DNA of 64,000 nucleotides, from the NCBI RefSeq assembly GCF_001194135.2, contig NC_068982.1:105542843-105606842 (forward strand), read 5' to 3'. Numbering within the stretch: position 1 is the first letter of the stretch; each line of letters begins with the position of its first letter. The notes beneath the pieces are model-generated. The model made no database searches. It was given only the letters and a program-made list of their open reading frames with translations, and was not told the DNA's origin. Positions 63,745 to 64,000 of the stretch are shown in pieces. Both the position numbers and the translations under genes were made by a program. The stretch is from Octopus bimaculoides. Lineage: Eukaryota.

Positions 63745-64000
63745 CAGTGTAGGAGAGAGAATAGTGATGTTGTAGGAGAGAAATGTGTTCGCATGGATGA
63801 TGGTACGCTTGCATTAAATGAGGATGCAAAGAAAGAGGTCTGGAGATGCCACTACGATAGATTGCTTAATAAAGAGAATGAATGGGAGAAAGAGAGCCTG
63901 CCTTATGTCGACCCAATAGAGGGACCAGCTATCCGAGTTGATAGTACCAGGGTAGATAAAGCAATTAAGAGTATGAAGACCGGGAAAGCCCCCGGCCCAT
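63745..64000 (+). mobile_element. RTE LINE fragment running off the window
   Basis: Nearly identical to 48197-48330 (ENEWEKESLP...GKAPGP). Confidence 0.9.

Overview
AT-rich, repeat-dense animal genomic DNA. The SINE/RTE content points to a coleoid cephalopod, probably Octopus (inference). There are five N-gaps. Two spliced genes are arranged head-to-head around a ~475-bp bidirectional promoter. On the minus strand is a complete 7-exon DEAF1 homologue (43560 to 19543, 459 aa) with a SAND domain and a coiled coil but no MYND finger that I can find. On the plus strand are the first five coding exons of a probable PAT1/PATL1 decapping-activator homologue (44035 to beyond 62163). A tRNA-Ala(TGC) copy with damaged stems lies in DEAF1 intron 1. 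The remainder is RTE and CR1-like LINE fragments, tRNA-derived SINEs with TSDs, mariner and hAT MITEs, a Helitron-like element, an LTR relic, foldback elements and microsatellites. The main discovery is a set of hammerhead ribozyme folds, none explained by the ORF track. Two divergent copies of a non-coding ~495-500-bp head-to-tail unit (22872-23692 and 57208-57793) each carry a type I hammerhead whose stems show compensatory changes between the copies. Both sit in (TA)n with a 5' inversion, so they look like a non-LTR retrozyme family. Further Penelope-type minimal hammerheads lie at 517-608 and 57012-57098, and a partial one at 56385-56440. All alignments and folds were done by eye.
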